Virus record (IMG/VR): IMGVR_UViG_3300021430_000575
Span: 1 to 64,000 of that record
Length of the DNA: 64,000 bases
Source of the DNA: a virus
Lineage: Duplodnaviria > Caudoviricetes
Reading direction: 5' to 3' (one strand)
The translations under genes and the position numbers were made by a program. The notes below the pieces were generated by a model. The model did not search any database. It had not been told where the DNA came from and saw only the letters and a list, made by a program, of their open reading frames with translations. Numbering within the stretch: position 1 is the first letter of the stretch; the number at the start of each line of letters is the position of its first letter. Of this stretch, positions 24,154 to 31,033 are shown one piece after another.

Positions 24154-24771
24154 TTATTTTGATATTTTTCTACCTTTATACCATCCAACCGGAATTTCAT
24201 CATTCTTCATTATTGATTTAGATGTTAGTCCGTTGGTGATCCACATTTTACCGTACTGTGAATTATTCTTACCAGTCTGCTTACCTTTTAGTGCAGCAAA
24301 TATTTTTTGTTTGCTATCTAATGTATGATGTTTACCTTTAAAGGTATCGTATCTTAATAATCCAAGCTTATGCCATTCTCTTAATCGTTTTGATCCTGCC
24401 GGATTTTTACGTCCTATATTTCCTTGTTGCAATTTTTTTATAATAGCGGAAACATCTCTTTTAGTATTGTTTAGATTGTTTCTATTAATATAGCTAAATC
24501 CACCGTGTCCACCTTCACATATATTATATGTATCTTTACGTAAACAAAATTCTTCTGTGACCAATTCTTTTTCTTTATTATTCATTTCATTTTCAGTTTT
24601 AAAAACAAATAATATTTCGTTTTTAAAATTGTTAATACCATATTTCTTTATGGCTCTTTTAAGAAGCTTCCCAGATCCAAAATAATCATCATTTATATCT
24701 TTAGTTTTATGTTTACCAATATAAATCTTATTATTGATTAAATTGGTTATTTGATAAATGATATAGTATAT
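24154..24771 (-). CDS. GIY-YIG (Seg-like) homing endonuclease; N terminus extends upstream of the track ORF to an ATA codon
   Basis: In-frame IYYIIYQITNLINNKIYIGKHKT..DDYFGSG upstream of ATG 24585; GAGGT RBS before ATA 24771. Confidence 0.75.
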   Translation of the reverse strand: MYYIIYQITNLINNKIYIGKHKTKDINDDYFGSGKLLKRAIKKYGINNFKNEILFVFKTENEMNNKEKELVTEEFCLRKDTYNICEGGHGGFSYINRNNLNNTKRDVSAIIKKLQQGNIGRKNPAGSKRLREWHKLGLLRYDTFKGKHHTLDSKQKIFAALKGKQTGKNNSQYGKMWITNGLTSKSIMKNDEIPVGWYKGRKISK

Positions 24772-24838
24772 CTCTTTACCTCTGTTTTCTATGAATAAGT
24801 CTTACATATTGCTTATTTATAAAAAACAGAGGCCTATG

Positions 24839-24918
24839 CGCCGACGACGGGATTCGAACCCGCCTTGCTGTAAAGCCCTGTTAGACAGACAGGTGATCTC
24901 CCCGAGATCTACGTCGGC
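24839..24918 (-). tRNA. tRNA-Asp(GTC) with long variable arm, CCA not encoded
   Basis: CCTGT-CTGTCTA-ACAGG, GCT/AGC variable stem, G73. Confidence 0.75.
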
Positions 24919-24976
24919 ATAAATCAGTATTCTATTTTACAATATGAAATGCAATGACATGTCGAGACAAACTTTA

Positions 24977-25363
24977 TTATATCCAATCTGATTTATGTTG
25001 AATATAGTATGGATTATTATCTTTTTTGTAATGCACACCTTCAACTTTGCTTCCTTTAGCTTTATTGCATGCTGTGCATAATATTTGAAGATTGTTCAAA
25101 TCTAATCTTGAATCCCAAAAATATCTAACAGGTTTTATATGATCAATATTTAGATATTTTTGATTTGAATCGTTTAGGTTTCCTTGACACCCATTACATA
25201 CCAATTCTTTATTTTGAAGAAACTCTTTTCGACATTCCTTCCATTCATGAGAATGATAAAAGTCATATATTTCATCATATGACTTGTTTGAGTATTTAGT
25301 AACCGATACATTATGATTATGAACCGTTATGTACTGTTTTCTACGCTTTTTATAAAATGACAT
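24977..25363 (-). CDS. HNH endonuclease (McrA-like small)
   Basis: CNGC...NIDHIKP......LDLNNLQILCTACN..KG. Confidence 0.8.
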   Translation of the reverse strand: MSFYKKRRKQYITVHNHNVSVTKYSNKSYDEIYDFYHSHEWKECRKEFLQNKELVCNGCQGNLNDSNQKYLNIDHIKPVRYFWDSRLDLNNLQILCTACNKAKGSKVEGVHYKKDNNPYYIQHKSDWI

Positions 25364-25400
25364 GCAATATATGTAATATAATATTTTTGATATTGCAAAA

Positions 25401-25478
25401 TGGAGCGCCCGGTGGAATTCGAATCCACACTATCTTCTGCTTCGTAGGCAGATGCTTATCCAATTAAGCTTCGGACGC
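25401..25478 (-). tRNA. tRNA-Arg(ACG)
   Basis: TCTGC-CTACGAA-GCAGA, CCA. Confidence 0.9.
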
Positions 25479-25488
25479 ATAAAATCGT

Positions 25489-25560
25489 GCTAACCATTTA
25501 CCAGGTATACATAAAATATACCACCTATCGTCATCACATCACGAGGAGGAAGATGTTAGC
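25489..25560 (-). ncRNA. small structured RNA candidate
   Basis: GCTAAC/GTTAGC closing stem, GGTATA/TATACC hairpin, single-stranded CTTCCTCCT. Confidence 0.35.
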
Positions 25561-25574
25561 GTTCTTGTTAAATA

Positions 25575-25650
25575 TGGTGCCGCCCCTCGGGATCGAACCG
25601 AGATATCACGTTCTTCAGACGTGCGCCTGAACCATCACGGCCAAAGCGGC
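25575..25650 (-). tRNA. tRNA-Phe(GAA)
   Basis: CACGT-CTGAAGA-ACGTG, CCA. Confidence 0.9.
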
Positions 25651-25658
25651 ATTTAAAT

Positions 25659-25734
25659 TGGCTCCCAGGGAGGGCTTCGAACCCCCAACCACCCGGTTAA
25701 CAGCCGAGGGCTCTACCGATTGAGCTACCTAGGA
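25659..25734 (-). tRNA. tRNA-Asn(GTT), second copy
   Basis: CTCGG-CTGTTAA-CCGGG, CCA. Confidence 0.9.
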
Positions 25735-25751
25735 ATAAAACTTTACTAAAA

Positions 25752-25884
25752 TGGCGGTAACATGTGGATTTTAACCACAAGCCTAACATTCTGTAGAATG
25801 GTCTTTGATTTATACTCTAATTATCAAAGTTTTATAGGCTCATACTCATCTGAGTGGAGTATGCAATCCCCTGCTTATGTTACC
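25752..25884 (-). ncRNA. 133-nt expanded tRNA-like RNA with multibranched variable domain
   Basis: GGTAACA/TGTTACC plus GCCA; ATACTC/GAGTAT arm; AGCCTA/TAGGCT domain enclosing two hairpins; TTAAAAT T-loop. Confidence 0.65.
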
Positions 25885-25890
25885 ATAAAA

Positions 25891-25964
25891 TGGTGCTCCT
25901 AAGAAGAATCGAACTTCTATTACTATCGTACCAGGATAGTGTAATACCATTATACTATGGGAGC
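25891..25964 (-). tRNA. tRNA-Thr(GGT)
   Basis: CTATC-CTGGTAC-GATAG, CCA. Confidence 0.9.
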
Positions 25965-25972
25965 ATTAAACT

Positions 25973-26064
25973 TGGTGGGAAGTAGCTCGAATTGAACGGC
26001 TTGCCAAAAGAGGAGCGAGGTTACAGCTCGCCGACGGGACCACCCATCCTTATTGATACTTCCC
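25973..26064 (-). tRNA. tRNA-Tyr(GTA)
   Basis: GCGAG-CTGTAAC-CTCGC, long arm, enlarged D region, CCA. Confidence 0.8.
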
Positions 26065-26070
26065 TTAAAT

Positions 26071-26147
26071 TGGCGTCCCCAAGCGGCGACAATCCGCTTC
26101 CTTGACCTTGAGAGGGTCACGATCTAATCTACGTAATCTATGGGGAC
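26071..26147 (-). tRNA. tRNA-Glu(CTC)
   Basis: TGACC-CTCTCAA-GGTCA, ATTGTCG T-loop, CCA. Confidence 0.85.
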
Positions 26148-26210
26148 AAAATTCTGTGGGCGCCCCGCAAGTGGGTCATTTAAGGATAGGTTCTTACCAT
26201 CCCCCAATAT

Positions 26211-26287
26211 TGGCGTTCCCAGACGGCGACAATCCGTCTCCTTCGCCTTGAAAGGGCGACGATCTAATCCACGTAATCTATGGGAAC
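26211..26287 (-). tRNA. tRNA-Glu(TTC), close paralog of 26071-26147
   Basis: TCGCC-CTTTCAA-GGCGA, CCA. Confidence 0.85.
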
Positions 26288-26294
26288 AAACTAG

Positions 26295-26745
26295 TATTTG
26301 TGATGGGATTCACACCCATATTTCCGGCCTCCAAATGCAAATGCTAATGGCCAGCGTGTTAAGTTAGAAACGGCCTTCAAAACCCCTCATATATACTCTG
26401 CAATTTTTCCTAATGCTTGACTTGTCTAGGCGCTGCCCCTAGCTCGACGTTTTTATAGCCTTTGCATTTAATATCAAACATTTTTACTAGAATGGTTTGT
26501 ATATACTACTCATTCCTACTACCCGTTAATTCAATTACACTACACAAAGCTCAGTAATTAAAAAAACTTATCCAGGACTTTCACCCGGTGTGAGCATCAC
26601 GCTCTCAGATAGATTTCTCATTCTACCACCGTTGGAGATCGGGTTAATGCATTGAGTTCGTAATTTACAAATTATACTCAACTACCTCTAACATGCATCA
26701 AAGTCTATCTTATCAACACATTAGCCAACTTCGTTCTGTTAAAGC
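26295..26745 (-). ncRNA. structured non-coding spacer with several T-loop-like hairpins
   Basis: 5-bp/7-nt hairpins at 26303-26319, 26426-26442 and 26572-26588; no credible ORF. Confidence 0.4.
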
Positions 26746-26753
26746 ACACAATA

Positions 26754-27515
26754 TTATCCTGTGTGCTTTTTAAATACCTCATAAAATTCACTGTCAACGT
26801 CATCTATATTGGCAGCGATCATTGCAAATCTATCGAAAGGATCAAGGCCTTGTTGCAGACGATGCGAAATCTTTTCTATGTCAGTATAAGTTGAATTATT
26901 AAATTCTTGATGTGAAAAATTTTCTATTTTGGTTTTTATATCTTCTGGTGACCCCCAAAAGCTTAGATGATACCCAGCATTTTTAGCTGCGGCCATTTGC
27001 CATCTTTGATCTCTCAACTGTTGAGCAGTGAATTTATTCATTAATGCTTTTTTGCAAATTACAGTACCACACCAATCCTGCGGTATATACTGACTAAAAT
27101 TATAATAATATGTACGTTGTTCAGCTGTTACAGAATCAAATTTATCTAACAACTGTATAAAGTCTGGTAACAATTGTTTTAAAGGAATTTCATCTAGGTC
27201 ACTGATCATAACAACAGCATTGTTGTCAAATAACTTGACTACTTGATCTATATGTCCTCGTTGAGCAAATTCAATTTGCCAATTAAAATTATCATGGAAT
27301 AATGTTGTATCAATAGTTATCGGTTGATAAATTATTTTATCTAAATATTTCTTATATCGTTTTATATTACTTAGAAAATTAAGAGGCTTTTTCTTTCCTG
27401 CAAAGGTAATATCTGCTTCTACTATGACAAAATAGTCAACTGAATCATAAAGATATTCTAGTCGACCTTCCAGTAGATCTAATTCTCTAAAAAATGTAAA
27501 ACAATCAATTATCAT
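26754..27515 (-). CDS. glycosyltransferase family 17 (beta-1,4-GlcNAc-transferase-like)
   Basis: IIDCFTFFRELDLLE.RL..L...VDYFVIVEA, E..QR, ISDLDEIP, GYHLS. Confidence 0.85.
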   Translation of the reverse strand: MIIDCFTFFRELDLLEGRLEYLYDSVDYFVIVEADITFAGKKKPLNFLSNIKRYKKYLDKIIYQPITIDTTLFHDNFNWQIEFAQRGHIDQVVKLFDNNAVVMISDLDEIPLKQLLPDFIQLLDKFDSVTAEQRTYYYNFSQYIPQDWCGTVICKKALMNKFTAQQLRDQRWQMAAAKNAGYHLSFWGSPEDIKTKIENFSHQEFNNSTYTDIEKISHRLQQGLDPFDRFAMIAANIDDVDSEFYEVFKKHTG

Positions 27516-28001
27516 CTATTCTACTTGCCAATCATATGATTCTCTAATGTAATCTGGTAACCCGTCTAAAGAATTGTTAAACTTTGGCCAATTGGAAAAA
27601 TTACCTGTATTTTCTAAAAGCAAATGCCATCCAGTTGGCTGTAATGGACTATAATAAGAGCTAAGAGTTTTTAAATCAAATGGTTTTATAGTACCGTCTT
27701 TATACCATGATTTTGTAAATCTTGATAATCCTTTAACCACTTCTTGCATATCTGATGAATGAATGTCCCCCAATAATAACTGTGGGTGATTTAATCTAGT
27801 TTTAAAAAACCAAAGCATCTTTGAAAATATTTTTTGTCCTCTATAGTCTTTATTAACCCATACATGATCTACTATTGGTATATATTCATTATTTAATGAT
27901 GCCATTGCTACAAAAATAGCATTATCCCATAGCGAATAAAAATTGTTATATTTTTTTACAACAAACTTGTCTATATCGCCTATATGGTCACATATTTTCA
28001 T
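27516..28001 (-). CDS. hypothetical protein (GNAT-like motif)
   Basis: VWVNKDYRGQKI resembles acetyl-CoA-binding motif A. Confidence 0.5.
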   Translation of the reverse strand: MKICDHIGDIDKFVVKKYNNFYSLWDNAIFVAMASLNNEYIPIVDHVWVNKDYRGQKIFSKMLWFFKTRLNHPQLLLGDIHSSDMQEVVKGLSRFTKSWYKDGTIKPFDLKTLSSYYSPLQPTGWHLLLENTGNFSNWPKFNNSLDGLPDYIRESYDWQVE

Positions 28002-28096
28002 ATAAGTATTTAGTTACCGGTTTAATGGAGAGCCGGCATCCAGGATAGTATCCGCCAGTCCATTTTTATCTTGCGAATGGTAATGAACACCCAATA

Positions 28097-28175
28097 TGGT
28101 CAAGGTGGAAAGATTTGAACTTTCGATCTCCAGTTTCCAAAACTGGCGGGGACGGCCAGACTCCCCTACACCCTG
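28097..28175 (-). tRNA. tRNA-Pro(TGG)
   Basis: CCAGT-TTTGGAA-ACTGG, CAGGGTG/CACCTTG, CCA. Confidence 0.9.
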
Positions 28176-28206
28176 TTATTTTTATCTATAGATATAAATT
28201 GTAAGA

Positions 28207-28242
28207 TCCAAGGCCGGCACTCTTCTTCTGAGCTACACCCTG
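28207..28242 (-). pseudogene. 5' half of a second tRNA-Pro(TGG), truncated after the anticodon
   Basis: CAGGGTG-TA-GCTC-AGAAGAA-GAGT-G-CCGGC-CT-TGG-A followed by unrelated AT-rich DNA. Confidence 0.6.
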
Positions 28243-28947
28243 TTAATTCTTTGTTAGCACACAGCTTACCATAGTATGGTTCCCTAGTCCCTGATATTTC
28301 ATACTATTAAAAGTATAGCCGTGCCGTTTGGCTATAAATCGTACAGCGCCTTCGGTTATCTGCCGATATGGAACAGCCATATTACCACGACGATGCTCAT
28401 ACATTTTTATGCCTAGCCTATTCATCCATTTAATAATACAGGTATTATGTTTGCCGCCGCCGCCACCGCGTGTTGAGACAACTAGTATAATGACCTCTAC
28501 ATTATTTTTGCATGCTTTTTCTAAAAAATCTATATGGTAATCCTGTAAACATTTTACATCATCGAAATCAATCAATGATATCTTGTGTCCCAACGCCCAC
28601 AACATTTCGGCTTGGTTAATTAAATTAGCCTCTACAACTTGACCTTTGAAGCCAAGTTCCTGTTGAGCCTTACGTAATGTCCAATAGGTTTCCCAATCCC
28701 AATCGATCATAAATAGATTTTCTTCTCGAATTCCATTAGCTAAATGCTCATCGATGTGCCGTTTCAGTTGACCGCCGTACCCGGGTATACACAACCCAAC
28801 TCCGTCAAACGTTTTATTCTTAAACGTATTTTGTATAAGAGCAGTCTGACGTAAACAGGTAAGAATCTTACCAGGACTTGTGGTATCAGTATATGCAAAT
28901 TTTGCAGTTTTGCTTGCCATATATATATATCTCCATATTTCACACAT
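28243..28947 (-). CDS. hypothetical protein, possible SAM-dependent methyltransferase fold
   Basis: Gly-rich LCIPGYGG, then FMIDWD and IDFDD acidic strands; weak. Confidence 0.5.
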   Translation of the reverse strand: MCEIWRYIYMASKTAKFAYTDTTSPGKILTCLRQTALIQNTFKNKTFDGVGLCIPGYGGQLKRHIDEHLANGIREENLFMIDWDWETYWTLRKAQQELGFKGQVVEANLINQAEMLWALGHKISLIDFDDVKCLQDYHIDFLEKACKNNVEVIILVVSTRGGGGGKHNTCIIKWMNRLGIKMYEHRRGNMAVPYRQITEGAVRFIAKRHGYTFNSMKYQGLGNHTMVSCVLTKN

Positions 28948-28987
28948 AACGCTAACATGTGTGCATGTTGAAAAGCAAGGATAAAGT

Positions 28988-29064
28988 TGGTTGCGGGAGG
29001 AGCGATCGCATCTCCGTCCGATAGAGTATGAATCTATCCATCTACTGTCTGATTGTATCCCGCG
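28988..29064 (-). tRNA. tRNA-Met(CAT), initiator-like C1:A72
   Basis: ATAGA-TTCATAC-TCTAT, CGCGGG acceptor, CCA; lacks the three G-C pairs of a typical fMet stem. Confidence 0.75.
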
Positions 29065-29074
29065 ATAATAAAAT

Positions 29075-29394
29075 GAAGCAACCGTTATCTCCCATTATCG
29101 GGAACCCTCTAGCGCACTAGCTGGCGGAATATCATTTTTGATATTTAGGCATGATTAAGCCCATTGCTTCGTTGTCTCTGATATTAGTTAGATCAAGTTG
29201 AAATAGTATGAAACACAATATAGAATAACGGTTTATCAGATCGTTCCTTATATTACATTTTCTATACTATTTCAATTATGTAATAAAAAGAGGATTGACC
29301 ATTTGAGCGCATACGCGTCTACCTTTTCAGGCCGTGCCATCGTTAGTGGATGAATAACATGTATTCCACAACGTCCCAATGACTAAACAATCCC
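29075..29394 (-). ncRNA. three adjacent structured RNA modules
   Basis: GAAGCAA/TTGCTTC multiloop (29075-29170), 12-bp stem rod (29198-29275), GGGATTG/CAATCCT multiloop (29291-29394). Confidence 0.5.
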
Positions 29395-29411
29395 AAGTCT
29401 CTATGATATAT

Positions 29412-29484
29412 TGGTACCGGCTATTCGTACTGCCCGAATCTCGGATGGCGTTATGAGCACCACCGGGTCCTTGACCAAACCGGC
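29412..29484 (-). tRNA. tRNA-Met/Ile2(CAT)
   Basis: TGGTG-CTCATAA-CGCCA, reduced D arm, GGCAGTA T-loop, CCA. Confidence 0.75.
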
Positions 29485-29491
29485 ATAATAT

Positions 29492-29567
29492 TGGTTGGCC
29501 CGGCAGGTCCTGCCCCTGCGACCTCAGACTTATCAGGTCTGTGCTCTACTAACTGAGCTACGAGCCA
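29492..29567 (-). tRNA. tRNA-Ile(GAT), second copy
   Basis: CAGAC-CTGATAA-GTCTG, CCA. Confidence 0.9.
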
Positions 29568-29578
29568 TCGAAATAATT

Positions 29579-29654
29579 TGGGGTGCATAGTGGGTTCCGC
29601 CCCCACCTAAACAGAGTCACAGTCTGCCGGCTACACTAGCTGCCTCTACGCACC
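29579..29654 (-). tRNA. tRNA-His(GTG)
   Basis: GCAGA-CTGTGAC-TCTGT, G-1:C73, CCA. Confidence 0.9.
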
Positions 29655-29727
29655 ATAAGCTTTTTGAGACATATGGCTATATAATCTTTTTCAAAGAAAG
29701 ATCTAGTTACTCTATACATTTCAAAAT

Positions 29728-29801
29728 TGGCAGGTCGACCAGGTATTGAACCCGGGCTAAAAGTTTTGGAGACTCTTGTGCTACCATTACACCACCGACC
29801 T
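29728..29801 (-). tRNA. tRNA-Trp(CCA), most 5' tRNA of the array
   Basis: AGAGT-CTCCAAA-ACTTT, G73, CCA. Confidence 0.9.
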
Positions 29802-29848
29802 ATATAAACTGTTTGATTAAACAAACGATTTTTCTGCGTCAAATTATG

Positions 29849-30436
29849 TCATTCGCCAAAATCATGTTTTGTTAAATTATACCACAATTCAGCTGAATAA
29901 AATTTTCTACGTTCAATTATTTTGTAATTGTTTTTTTTATCTTTCCATTCGTTTATTCGATGTTGTTTTGCTACTAATCTAGCTTTCTTTTTTTGTTCAT
30001 TAGGTCGTAGAGTAGTCTTACTCTTCTTTACAATGTTGATTGTTTGTATGGTGTACCTTTTTTCTTTAATTGCTGTACCGGCAAATGTATTCTTCTTATT
30101 TGATGTACTTACCTTAATAAACACGTTTCCAAAAACGTCAGACGTTGTTATGCTGTTAACACTAACATGTTTGAAACATTCAGTTGACCCGCCTGAATAT
30201 AACCAATTAATTGGAACATATTTCTTAGCCTTAAATCTGTTGTGTAACTTTTTCTCGTGATCAAATGCAACTTTTGGGCTTAACTCTTTTGAGAGAGCCA
30301 ATGTTTCAATTTTAAATTGATTTAAATCTTTTGCAAATCTTTCCTCAATAGATGTCGATGTTACACCAATTTTATAAAATTCTTCAAAATTGTGTTCATC
30401 GAGCGAGGTAAATTTTAATAGATATACTTTCCACAT
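29849..30436 (-). CDS. GIY-YIG-like (T5orf172-type) nuclease
   Basis: VYLLK...FYKIGVT....ERF....HEKKLH......GSTECF. Confidence 0.7.
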   Translation of the reverse strand: MWKVYLLKFTSLDEHNFEEFYKIGVTSTSIEERFAKDLNQFKIETLALSKELSPKVAFDHEKKLHNRFKAKKYVPINWLYSGGSTECFKHVSVNSITTSDVFGNVFIKVSTSNKKNTFAGTAIKEKRYTIQTINIVKKSKTTLRPNEQKKKARLVAKQHRINEWKDKKNNYKIIERRKFYSAELWYNLTKHDFGE

Positions 30437-30477
30437 GCTTTAATGTAACACATATCTATTAAATTGCAATCTCTTAA

Positions 30478-30749
30478 TACGGCAAGGCGGTTCTTCACCC
30501 TGCTAACCTTTAATCACCGTTCGGTGGTGCGCCACGTAGCGCACTTTATGCACTGGTATTATATAGAACATACCAGTTATTGACCCCTGTACATTCAGTG
30601 CCAACTCACCCTTTTTCATCTACGCTACAAATGCATCAAACTATATCGGCATAACCATATAGCCACGTAGTATCCCAGCAGGTGCTCAACAGTCCTTATT
30701 TGTTTTAGTTTTTTAACGTAGACCAAGTAGACCGCATCTAAACTACGTT
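30478..30749 (-). ncRNA. unidentified ~270-nt structured RNA directly downstream of the attenuator
   Basis: Hairpins AACGTAG/CTACGTT, GCTATAT/ATATAGT, ACTGGTAT/ATACCAGT, GTGCGCT/GGCGCAC, CACCG/CGGTG; no ORF. Confidence 0.5.
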
Positions 30750-30829
30750 TTAAAAATTCTATCTATTCATTCCTTGCAACTATCTAATCTCCTATCAATA
30801 CATCTTTGTTAACTATTTTGCTGACCAAT

Positions 30830-30864
30830 AAAAAACCCGGTAAGTTTGTTAGTCTTTACCGGGG
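30830..30864 (-). terminator. intrinsic terminator of the leader/attenuator
   Basis: CCCGGTAAAG-loop-CTTACCGGG followed by TTTTTT. Confidence 0.8.
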
Positions 30865-30896
30865 TCTTGTCAGCTTTTTTGTGTTATCACATTACA

Positions 30897-30992
30897 CTAG
30901 CGGACAAGACCTCCCACAGGCTTATAATTCCAGGCCTGGCGATCTTCATTTTTACTAATAAAGAGCATATGTGTAGTCATTTGTGAACTCAT
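30897..30992 (-). CDS. 31-aa leader peptide MSSQMTTHMLFISKNEDRQAWNYKPVGGLVR (not in ORF track)
   Basis: AAGGA RBS 3 nt before ATG; last codons pair with the terminator 5' arm. Confidence 0.7.
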   Translation of the reverse strand: MSSQMTTHMLFISKNEDRQAWNYKPVGGLVR

Positions 30993-31033
30993 TTATCCTT
31001 TGTTAAAATTTGTGTGTTGTTTCCAACGTAGTC

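Noticed and set aside
26540-26745. RNase P RNA because of GAAAGTCC
   Set aside because: No GAGGAAAGTCC context or P4 3' strand; too short
28026-28090. Another CCA-ended segment downstream of tRNA-Pro
   Set aside because: Acceptor pairing is too weak to call; only one convincing hairpin
29291-29394. SRP (4.5S) RNA because of the CCT-GAAA-AGG hairpin
   Set aside because: Lacks the CAGG/AGCA symmetric loop of domain IV
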